A stretch of DNA of 62,615 nt, the filler included, from Chiloscyllium plagiosum (Eukaryota), in NCBI RefSeq assembly GCF_004010195.1. It is 4 parts of one record of this genome, joined end to end, with 100 filler letters (N's around TTAATTAATTAA, not from the genome) between each part and the next. Parts side by side here need not be neighbours in the genome. Positions count along the whole stretch, not along the records: positions 20,792 to 49,420 come from NC_057717.1; 3 more parts are not named here. One strand, 5' to 3'. The position numbers and the translations under genes are program-made. Positions 23,601 through 33,730 of the stretch are shown piece after piece; the first letter of the stretch is position 1; each line of letters starts with the position of its first letter. The notes under the pieces were generated by a model. It was not told the DNA's origin, did no database searches, and worked only from the letters and a program-made list of their open reading frames with translations.

Positions 23601-25079
23601 TATATTGTGAAGCATCCCCCAATGGGAATTGTTGGTTTGTTCCATCGAGCAGTGCTCAGTGAGTGGGGCGATTACAAATCAGATCATCCCATGGAGCATC
23701 AGCACTCACTAAACCGAGGAAAGCCTGGACATCCCTGAAAGTATCCAAGATAATTCATATGCTCGGTGTAAGTTTCGTTCAATAAGCCCACTAACATTAT
23801 TCCGGCTATTTGACACCATTATTTTCAGGACACCAAAAACATAGAAACCAATTTTCCTTTATTATTATATAGACTTCTCATTGTAAGGTTGTTATTTATT
23901 GGCAGAATAATAAATTCCTTGCCACATATTCACTTTGACAAAGAGTCAGATTTCCTGCGTTTTTCTGCCAACTGCTCATCACAGTATGATGGCTTGTTTA
24001 ACACCACGTCCACCATCAGTAATACTTACTCCCAGCTATACTGGCACATGAGACGCACAGCTGGCACTCCCTCCCAACAGCCATTTGGATGGACCAACAC
24101 TAACTGGACTGGAACTTCTCAACGGCAATTAATGTTGGACTAGCTCCAATAAAATCCCAAAATGAATTTTTGAAAAATCAGTTTTCCTCATAATAATTGG
24201 ACAATGCAGCCATGTTTATTGATCTGATGAGCTTGTTGCGGACTTTGAAGTATTGTGATACATTTGCAGAAACCAATTCGTGAATACCATGAAATTCAAG
24301 GCCAACTGACAGCCCAGGTCACGAATAACCACAAGTTAATGCAGTATTTAATCAGCAGCTGAATAAGCACGAAATGCCAGAGCAGAGTGGGCCATGCACC
24401 TTGAGGTAATTTTCATTAATGTAGTTTGGTGTTTTCAGGTTGGTGTAGACATGTTGCGCTGAATGGCCTGTTTGTGTGCCATAAGACTCTATCACTTTAA
24501 TTCTTGAAAACAGAATATAGTCTCACCATTTCCATAGTTTGTGAGCATCAATTGGTGAAGAATATAATCTCCAAGGTCACATTGCATCCTGACTTGCATT
24601 GAAACCATTGTACCTTCATTGTCACTTGTTCAGAATCCTGTAAGTCTCTCTGAAACAAAAATGTTACTGTTCCTGCACCACGAGGACCACTGTGTGCATC
24701 TTCTCTGGGCTGCTTTGCATTTCATTATTGCCATAGTTGTTTCGATGTGGTCTCACCAGTACCCTGTAAAACTGTAGAAATTCTTTCCTATTTCTGAATG
24801 AATTCTGTTTCAAAAACGTTTCAACATTTGTCTGGCCTCTCTAAAACTTTGATGTACGCATTTTATTTTTGTGCGATCCAGGTGCCTGATTCCTCTGTGC
24901 CTCAGTCCAATCTCTCCATTGAAATAACTCCTGCGTTTCCATTACATTGCCAACATATTTGAACACAGACACTTTTCCCATTCTATGCTCCATACACGAA
25001 TATTTGTGGTTCATTTGACCCACTTATATCTCTTTATAAACTCATGTCTTCTTCATATACAAACAAAAACAAAAAGAAG

Positions 25080-25299
25080 TAAAAATATTGCATTGTCAAT
25101 TGCACTGGACTATGACGACAGTTTGTGTCTTTGACCATATATTCGGTCTGTATTATGGAAGAATACAAACGTTTGAAATTGTCTGTGTCCTCTCAAGAAG
25201 GTTCATATATTTGTATTCTTCCATAATGCAAACTGAATATTTCATCAAAGACATAGGTTGTCGCCAGAATTCAATGGAATCGGCAATGTCATATTTTTA
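25080..25299. repeat. Imperfect inverted repeat/hairpin (two 98-bp arms, 24-nt loop)
   Basis: Arm 25080-25177 pairs with arm 25202-25299; core ATTATGGAAGAATACAAA / TTTGTATTCTTCCATAAT. Confidence 0.88.
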
Positions 25300-25869
25300 G
25301 TCCATGTCTAAACTATAAATTAGCGACAATGCTAAAGTGTTTTGCAGTCCTTTCACTTAGTTCCCATCATTTCTGAAATATGGACAGGTGGTGAAGAATC
25401 TGTCTGGGTGGAATTGAGAAACAACAAAGGTTAAAAATGCAGAAAGCAGCGAGTGAGGATATAAAAGCTCATGTCAGCATGGTAGCTAGTGACATGTGAT
25501 GTTACACAAGTCTCAGTGTTAGGACCACGGCTCTTTACTTTGTAAATTAATGATCTAGAGGAATGATCTAAGGGCATTCTGGTTAACTTTTCACAAGATA
25601 TAAAGATAGGTGGAGAGACAGGTAGCATTGCGGAAGTGGAGATGCTGCAGAAGGATTTAGACACGTTAAGAGAGTGGGCAAAGAAGTAGCAGATGTTGTA
25701 CAATGGGGGCTTGTGTGGGATCTTGCTCTTCGATAAGAAGAATACAGGCATGGAGTATTTTCTAAATGCGGGAAAATACTTCAGTCTGAAGTGCAAAGAG
25801 ACTTGGGAGTTCTCGACCAAGATTGTCTCAAGGTAAACTTGCAGGTGAACCAATATTTAGGAAAGTTTT

Positions 25870-26520
25870 TTACCACGAGACAGTGTGTTTTAATATCTTA
25901 TATTCACCAAAAGAACTGCGAGTCGACTTCTAAACAACAATATTTGTTTATTGAATACAATTAATATTAGAACAATAAATATTACTATAAAGTAACGAAA
26001 CACACTACAAATTATCTTATGCTTTAACTTAACTCTGTATGATCGTATACCACCCCTACACAATGTTGCCGGGCTCCACGTGCTGAGTTCTCCTTCTTAC
26101 AATGGACTCGGAGGTATCTTCTGTTTATGGTGGTTATTCTCGATTTACTGCGCTAAGTGGGGTTTTGCGGTGATTCTCATTCTCTCGATTCTTCACCCCC
26201 TCTTGGGAGGGTATGGAGGATCTGCCAACAGAGTATTCATGTTGGATTACCCTGATCAACAGACCCAACCAGGGTGTAGCACGTTGATGGCCCAAGGGCG
26301 GCATTCCATTATCCCATTCAAGTTCAACTCCAGGTTTGTATTGCAGGGTCTGTAGCTCTCAAGTTTGTTTGCAAACCGTCTGTGGGGAGCTGCAGCCTGT
26401 CTGGATTCTGCAGCATGTAGATTAGCACAGAGATTTTAATCAAGGCTGAGATCCATTTACCAGCATGCTTTGATAATTGTGCATTTTTGTAACTCCATGG
26501 TATTTTTTTATTATCCATCA
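25870..26520 (-). mobile_element. Probable solo LTR, antisense
   Basis: Non-CR1 insert with minus-strand AATAAA (TTTATT near 25948) and a ...CCATCA end; family not recognised. Confidence 0.4.
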
Positions 26521-26725
26521 TAAGTTGATTATTTCAGGTGGTCCGACTGGTCACAAAGGCAAATATAATGATTTATTTTGTTTATTTTGAGAGGACTTGA
26601 ATGTAAAAGCATGGATGTACTTCTGAGACTCTATAAGGCTCTAATCAGGCCACATTTGGATTATTGTGTGATGTATCTCAGGAAGGATATATCGTCCCGG
26701 AGCGTGTTCAGAGGCAGTTCACAAG

Positions 26726-27137
26726 TATAATGGAAAATCATCAATTTACTGTGAATTTTGAAAGAGAATGCTTTTCTTTAAATCAATGCCGTACTGAGCA
26801 TTATAAACGATGTTTTGATGAAGGTTTGCAGTTAGCTTATCTATGTTTGAATTCTGTAAACATTTAACTCGACCTTGCGATAGTCGAACTCTGAGAAAGC
26901 TGAAGAACTGTTATATCTAGGGGATGTGAGGATAACAACTTAAATTACCCCAGTCTTTGCCCTTGAGAGTGTGATAACGAACAGTATAAGGCAGGCGTCT
27001 GTACAATGTTTCAGTACTCTTTGCATTGAGGCATCTGACTTTGTGTAATGAGTCAAAATCCTGCAGGATTTTGCAATAAAGACCCTTTCTTGGCTCTTGT
27101 AAATAATTGAGTCAAGTCGATTTAATTTTCCACGACT
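26726..27137 (+). repeat. 5' LTR of ERV B
   Basis: Colinear with 31393-31830; start mutated to TATAA (vs TGTAA); AATAAA at 27075-27080. Confidence 0.92.
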
Positions 27138-27144
27138 GTAAACT

Positions 27145-27162
27145 TGGGCGCTCGTCCGGGAT
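27145..27162 (+). promoter_or_regulatory. Primer-binding site, tRNA-Pro
   Basis: TGGGCGCTCGTCCGGGAT matches the MLV-type Pro PBS TGGGGGCTCGTCCGGGAT at 17/18. Confidence 0.92.
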
Positions 27163-27616
27163 ACCGTGACTGGGTGAGATTCTGAAGATTCCCAAGCGGC
27201 GTAGGTGCCAGCGCCCTGAAGGTCGTTCACTTTGCGTGAGAGGATTGGGAATCTGTGGATCACCCCAGGGCCGGGGGTTCGAATCGTATAGGATCGGGGT
27301 AAGAGTCGTGGCTTAAGTAATCCGACATAGAGATTGATTATAAGATAATAAATGCAGCAGAAAAAGGGTTCACTAAACTCTCGCGTGGTATTAGAATAAA
27401 ACCCCAAGGGAAGGAGATTATTGTCTCTACAGTGTTCAGGAGACAGCAAGGTTAAGGGTGGTTTTAGACTTGGAATCACGACTGGCTGAGTTGGGCACGC
27501 CGAAGACATACTGGGTACGTTGTTTCTTGATTTACGAAAACCAAGGCATTGAGGCGGACTCGCCCAATGCGAGAGGGAACCTCCGGAGGTAAAAGCAAAT
27601 CAAAAGGGAAAAGATA

Positions 27617-28832
27617 ATGGTACCACGAGAGAGAGAGAGAGAGAGCAAACAAAGGGAGACACCACACAGGACTTGGAATGGCCAACCAAAAATACAATCT
27701 GTGCTAAATAATTACGGCCCAGAATGTGTAAAGCAGTTAGAATTGTGGATCAAAGAATGTGGTTTTCCGGAGGGAGGAAGTTTTAGTAAAAGACAGCTGG
27801 AAATGTTGAGCTCGAGATAGGAAGAGAGAGAGAAGGAGAAAAGGAAGGGAAAAATAGAACTTATGAAATGGAGTGCTTCTAATATGTGGAAGGCTTAGGC
27901 TGATATCAGAGAAAGTATATCTCAAGTAAAGGATAGACCAAATACACATACAAACACCAGCACACATGCGGACGCATGCGGCAAACAACCTAACAAAGCT
28001 GTGCATTGTCTTAAGTCTGTTTCAGTTCCTGAAGTTGATGACTGCCCTCAGAGACCTGCAGACCTCTACGAGATCCGCCTAGTGGAAGTTCCACGTCAGC
28101 TGTCTCCTGGGACGAAATCTAGTTGCCAATGTCACCAAAATCAAGTATACCTGGCCAGCTGCAAATGTCAATACCATAGCAGCCAACCCGCAAGCAGAGC
28201 AGAACAGAGACGTTAATGCTTTTGTTGCAGCGCTGGCAACCACCTGTAGGAAGGCATTCCTAGTGTGAATGGACATGACCAAAGTAGCAATGTGTAAACA
28301 ATGGGAAGGTGAGACAGTGTCCCAGTACCTTATGCACCTCACTGAAGTCCATAATGCCCATAGTGGACTGAGACCACCTGACGAGATAATGGCAGCAGAA
28401 ATCACGCTGTATGAGGCATACCTGAGGAACAGTTTCATCAATGGAATGAAGGAAGAAATAGCGAAAAAGGTAAAAGACACATGTATTACCTGGCACACAG
28501 GAAAGCTGAATTTAATAGAACAACATGCGATATATGCTGAAAAATTGCTTACCCAAGAGGAGGATATGCGGAAACTAAAGATGGAACAGCAAGCGCATAA
28601 AGCTCAGCTTACTGTGATGCAAATGGTCGCCCAGCCATTGGAGGGATGTGCTACAGGAAGAGGGAGAGGCAGAGGTGGAGGTCGCGGAAGAGGAAGAGGT
28701 CGTGGAAGAAGCGTGTGCATAGGTAGGCCTAGCAGGTACGTTTTTTTTTGCAGAGCAATGGACCACTGGGCGAGGCAGTGCTCGCAGAGACAGCCTCAAT
28801 CGGCCCTGGAGGCTGGACAGCAGGGTGATTGA
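27617..28832 (+). pseudogene. gag: Decayed gag (MA-like start, CA major homology region, RG-rich NC with a degenerate CCHC knuckle)
   Basis: NYGPECVKQLELWIKECGFPEGGSFS; CKQWEGETVSQYL..L; FINGMKEEI; GRGRGRGGGRGRGR..VFFCRAMDHWARQC. Confidence 0.88.
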
Positions 28833-29039
28833 CAGGGGAAGGCTGAGGTGGATGTGGGCCGTCCACGAATGGGGAAACTTGCCAATTCCCCTTCTTGTTA
28901 TCGGAATTTTACCGTTTAAATCTGATAGCTCGCGACGGATACGGAAACTGGGGTTGGACTTGATCAGTACTCCGACAGGCTTTCAGGTAATTCAATGGAA
29001 AGATTTACCAGTGAAGGCTGTGAAATATGACCCACGACC

Positions 29040-29530
29040 CCTGATGTATGTCTATGAGTGGCGATTAAGCCAGAGAGCAATAAGTTCAGTGAGCAGTTCA
29101 CTCACCCAGGAAGAAAACAACCATGTTAATCCTATTAATACCGATTTTCTTGTTGGATATATGCTGCACTGTATAGCACACATACACCGTGATGGCCCTG
29201 ACGAACTATATGAGAAGGATTTGTTCAGGAGATTGGTTAGACTTGTTATTTTGCGATTTTTATTGGAGTGATCACAGATGTGCAGTCAGTGTGAACGTAT
29301 CTACGGTATCTGTAACAACAAGTAGACCCTACCTTTTTGATGTGGAAGGCTCCGCTCCTCACTGGCGAAGCCGTCTGGTGACATGTGGCAGGATTTGGCA
29401 GCATGGGTACTAAATGCACAAAGAATGAAAGGTTGGGTCTTCAGGGACGATTTGGGTGTTTGGTTTAATGCAGATATGCGGACATATAAGAAGAAACTAA
29501 ATTGGCTAACTCAGGCCGAAATGACAGTCC
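29040..29530 (+). pseudogene. Probable 2H-phosphoesterase domain between protease and RT (frameshifted)
   Basis: Stitched reading YVYEW...MLHCIAH...FYWSDHRCAVSV...YLFDVEGSAPH/SLAKPSGDMWQDLAAWV contains two degenerate H-x-[T/S]-hydrophobic motifs, with His codons at 29167 and 29360. Confidence 0.6.
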
Positions 29531-29599
29531 AGGTAAACCCCACTAGCCCTGAAAAGCCGAGGGAGATCACCTAGCGTTTCCATCCGACGGAAATCTCAG

Positions 29600-29815
29600 A
29601 ACCAAGATTAAAAATGGTCCCTGCAGAGTTGCGGGCAAAGTGCAAACATGATGTGGGGCGAATACGGGGCTGTGAGCTCATAAGGATAACCCGATGTCTG
29701 AGTATCATTCGTGCAGAGCACAATACCTGCACATGCTCCCAATCCCTATACTATATTGGCTCAAATTCCACCGGACAGCAAATTGTTTTTGGATGTGGAT
29801 TTAGCAAATGCCTTG
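29600..29815 (+). pseudogene. pol: RT N-terminal remnants
   Basis: VPAELRAKCKHDVGRIRGCELIRIT and PNPYTILAQIPPDSKLFLDVDLANA; the rest of RT/RNase H is deleted. Confidence 0.82.
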
Positions 29816-30099
29816 AGCTCTGCAGGCTGATCCCTCGGGGCAAGAGAGAAGACAGCCCGTGGCCCAGAACACTGCTTCTGTGAGGACCTTGGGGAGTAGT
29901 TGCGGCGTTGCTAGTTGTACTGTGAAGTTCTTTGTCTTTGTGTGTCTTGTTTTGTTTCATTGTTTACAGGTCATTTTTTTACGATTGCGGGTTGAGGCGA
30001 TCGGTTTGCGAGTATCTCTGGGACTGACTGAAGCGCCAGCCCCCAGGACAGTTTAATCCTGTTCCGTTGTGCAGGCCATACCCCGTCTTTTGCCCCCAC

Positions 30100-30925
30100 A
30101 GGGGCTATCGTGAAGCGTCATGATAAACAGGCAGCACACCACCAACCGCAACAACCTTTTGAACATTTACAGATGGATTTTATTAAACTAACACCCAGTG
30201 AAGGGAAAAGGTATTGTCTAGTAATAGTTGATATGTTTTCCAAATGGGTGGAAGCGCTCCCCAAGTCTAAACAGGATGCCAGTGCAGTAGCCAATGCGTT
30301 GCTAACTGAGATAATTCCGAGATGGGCCATCCCTGAAAGGCTTAGTTGTGACAATGGGACACCATTTGTCAATAATGCCTTACAGCAGATCAGTGATTAT
30401 TTGGGAATAAACATGGGACAACGCTGTGCCGACAACTCAGCGAGCGGTGGGGCAGTGTAAAAAGAAAATGCTGCCTTAAAAAAATGACAAAATGTTGAGG
30501 AACTAGGGGTGACATGGACAAAGGTACTTCCAGTTGTGCTGGAAGTTATGAGATCTAGGAGGAGAGGAAGAGCGTTTGAGATTTTGTTCAGTAAGCCGCC
30601 CAACACAGTAATTGGCACAAGACCAAAGGTAAGACAGATAACAGGCTACTGTGAGGATGAGATGTTGTGTTACTGTATAAAACTCTCTGCACGTTTGTCT
30701 GAAATACAGAATCAAGCAGCACTATCCCAACCAGCAGGAGGAAACCTGCATGATCTAGAACCTGAAGACTGGATAATGGTGAAAGACTTCGGGAGTTAAA
30801 AAACTGGAAGGTGAAGAAATGGCTGGGACCGTTTCAAGTGCTCCTCACAACACAGAGAGCAGTTAGGATCGCAGAAAGAGCCATATGGATACGCACCCGC
30901 CATTGCAAGCGTGTAGCTGGGCTTT
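30100..30925 (+). pseudogene. pol: Retroviral integrase core and C-terminal domain, decayed
   Basis: PFEHLQMDFI..YCLVIVDMFSKWVEA..IIPRWAIPERLSCDNGTPFV; TWTKVLPVVL; WLGPFQVLLTT. Confidence 0.93.
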
Positions 30926-31187
30926 AGGAGACATCAGACAGCACCAGAACCAATTAAGTGCAAGTAGTGATTAGAAGCCTCATACGAATATGGGCCTGCC
31001 TCAGCTCACACTTTCAGCAAACAACCTGTTAGGACTATTCGTAAGGGTAGGGGCATTGCGTGGACCCCACCGTACCATGGCTTTGACGACTGTGACATGT
31101 GAACATGGGCTGTGTACGGGGCACACCAGAGCAAGTGATGAAAGCAGCACAAAGCTGTGTTTCGGGTAGGTGGTGTCTGAGGAAAGG

Positions 31188-31275
31188 TAAAAACAATGAC
31201 TGCAGATGCTGGAAACCAGTTTCTGGATCAGTGGTGCTGGAAGAGCACAACAGTTCGGCAGCATCCAACGAGCAG
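31188..31275. mobile_element. Short Penelope fragment inserted in ERV B
   Basis: AAAACAATGACTGCAGATGCTGG..GTGCTGGAAGAGCACA; perfect 11-bp TSD CTGAGGAAAGG at 31177-31187 and 31276-31286. Confidence 0.85.
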
Positions 31276-31379
31276 CTGAGGAAAGGCCTGGTGTTTCCGA
31301 AACATTTTCTGATGTATTGCTATTCTGGTTCTGTTTTTTTTTAATGTTGCCGTAGTTGTCCTTGTTGTCATAAAATGAC

Positions 31380-31392
31380 AAAGAGGGGAAAA
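31380..31392 (+). promoter_or_regulatory. Polypurine tract of ERV B
   Basis: AAAGAGGGGAAAA immediately before the TG of the 3' LTR. Confidence 0.88.
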
Positions 31393-31830
31393 TGTAACAG
31401 AAAATTATCCATTTACCATGAAATTAAATGTCCATTTACTGTGTAATTTGAAAGAGAATGCTTTTCTTTAAATCAATGCTGTACTGAGCTTTGTAAACGA
31501 TGCTTTGATGAAGGTTTGCAGTTAGCTCATCTCTGTTTGAATTCTGAAACATTCAACTCGACCTTGCGATAGTTGAACTCTGTGAAAGCTGAAGAACTGT
31601 TATGTCTAGGATCAAGGGATGAGAGGATAACAACTTGAGTTTCCCCAGTCTTTGCCCTTGAGAGTGTGATAAGGAACGATATAAGGCAGGTGTCTGTACA
31701 ATGTTTCAGTACTCCTTGCATTGAGGCATCTGCCTTAGTGTAATGACTCAAAATCCCGCAGGACTTTCAACAAAGACCCTTTCCTTGCTCTTGCTAAAAA
31801 TTGAGTCAAGTCGATTTAATTTCCATGACA
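31393..31830 (+). repeat. 3' LTR of ERV B
   Basis: TGTAAC...CCATGACA; direct repeat of the 5' LTR. Confidence 0.93.
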
Positions 31831-32289
31831 CAGGAATGGCCTCAGAAATGAAAAGCCTAACGTATGAAGTCTCTGGGCTTAAACTCGCTGAAGTTGCGAA
31901 GGATGAAGCGGTTCTAATTGAATCATACAAAATACTAAATGTCTGGTCAGAGTATATGTCAGAAAGATGGTTCCATTATTAGGAGGGAAAGGACCCAATG
32001 ACATAGTCTTAAAGTTAAGGGAAGGTATTTTATGCCGGAGATAAGGAGAAACGCCTTCAGCCAGAGAGTGATGTATCTATGGTAAGGATGGAAGTTTCCT
32101 TTCTTAAAGGACATTAGTGAACCACGAGTTTTATCTTACAATCGATTCATGATCACTATCTGTCTCTTAATTCCACATTTGATTTCAAGCTCCATTATTT
32201 ACATGGCAGAATTCAAATCCAGGTCATCAGAACATTATCTGGGTCTTTTGCTTAACAGTTCAGCGATAACAAAACCAACTCTGTGCCTT

Positions 32290-33730
32290 GCCTAGTCCTC
32301 CAGAGTGTGACTAAACTGTGTAATATGATTTGCCCGAGACTTTTCCCTCATGCTCTTATTGATTTCCTTGTCAAATCATGGATGACTTTTGTCCATTATC
32401 CAATTCCTCTTCCTCTCACCAATATACTTTAATTGAGAGGTTATTTAATGTCTCCTTGCGTCTTTGCCTTTTTTTTATCTGTCCTGCCCTTCACTTTTTT
32501 TTCCTGGCCAGTCCACCCAAGCCAACTCCTTCCTTCGCCCAATATGATTATCATTGCTCAAAACTAAAACCAACATATGTGACTCTGTCTTCATTCATTC
32601 AATCTGAGGTTGAAACTACAGCATGATGCGGTCACTGCTTACAAGAGGATCCTTAACTGCAAGATTGTTTGTCAATCTTTCCTTGTCACATGAAATCAAA
32701 TCTGAAGTAACCCGTTCTCTGGTTGAATCCATGACATGTTGCTCTCAGAAACAATCCTTCATACAGTCTATGAATTGTTCTTCGAGGCTACATTTGCGAA
32801 GTTGATTAATTGAGTCAATATGCATGTTCATCCTACTGTTGTGCCCTTGTCACCAGCTGTCATTATTTCCGACCTCAGAAATACTTCGGGGGGGACAGTA
32901 GCAGAACATTATTCTTCCCAAGAGGTTTCTTCTCTTGCTTTTTATTTACACTTGGACTGATTTACATGTCGTTCCCTCGCGCCAATATCATTTCCTAATG
33001 CAGCCTTGATATCATCCTTAACCAATACATCAATTCCACCTCCTGCTCCTTCTTGTCTAACCTTCTGGAAAAGTGAGTGCCGTCGGACACGTCACTGCCC
33101 AGTCCTGATCTCACTGTAACCATGTTTCTGTAGTCCGCACCAGGTCATACCCATTTCACTCTGGATCTATTGTCAGCTCACCGATATTTTTTCCAAATAC
33201 TGCATTCTTTTATGTACAAAGTTTTTAAATATTTTTATTGGTTTGTCTTTCCCTTCTAATCCTTTTTTGTACACTAGCTTCCTGATCTCACACGCCTCAC
33301 TACCTCACATCCCCTACACCGTCCAACCTTATTTGTTAATCCCTGATCATTTTGCGCCTCATCTCTATTCATTATTCCAATCTCCAACTCACATCTTGAA
33401 TTGACATGATCCATCCTTCATCGTGGTCATGAGACTGGCCATGCCTGATGTCCTATTCACCTCTACCGTGTGCTCAGTTTCTTACCTGCTGCTTTGGTTG
33501 CCAACCTCCTGGTTTATTTGTTTAAATCCATCCAATTTCCACGAGCAAACCTCCCTACAAGGATGTTGGTGCTCCTCCGGTTAAGATGCAACCTGTCCAT
33601 TTTTGAAAGCTCTCACCTGTCCTGGAACAGATCCCAATGATCCAAAAATTGAATCCCTCACCCCGTACGAACTCTTTAACCACATGTTACACTGTACCAG
33701 CTTCCTAATCATTATCTATTTTCCACGTGA
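32290..33730 (-). mobile_element. Old CR1 fragment (ORF1 esterase end and ORF2 endonuclease), antisense
   Basis: Reverse complement resembles the CR1 ORF1/endonuclease sequence at 42400-43450. Confidence 0.65.

Larger units (their letters stand above)
26726..31830 (+). mobile_element. Endogenous retrovirus B (class I, epsilon-like; tRNA-Pro PBS), two LTRs, internally deleted
   Basis: Direct LTRs 26726-27137 and 31393-31830, PBS, gag, pol remnants, IN, PPT, and a 4-bp TSD CAAG/CAGG. Confidence 0.95.
25340..32080 (+). mobile_element. CR1 LINE split by an LTR-like insert (about 25870-26550) and by ERV B; pieces at about 25340-25865, 26555-26725 and 31831-32080
   Basis: RT motifs (SVLGPRLFTL.INDLE). 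The CR1 sequence ...CAGTTCACAAG resumes after the ERV as CAGGAATGGCCTCAGAAATGAAAAGC. Confidence 0.8.

Noticed and set aside
30930..31380. Possible env of ERV B
   Set aside because: Only about 350 bp remains after removing the Penelope insert, with no furin site, immunosuppressive domain or CX6CC motif recognisable.
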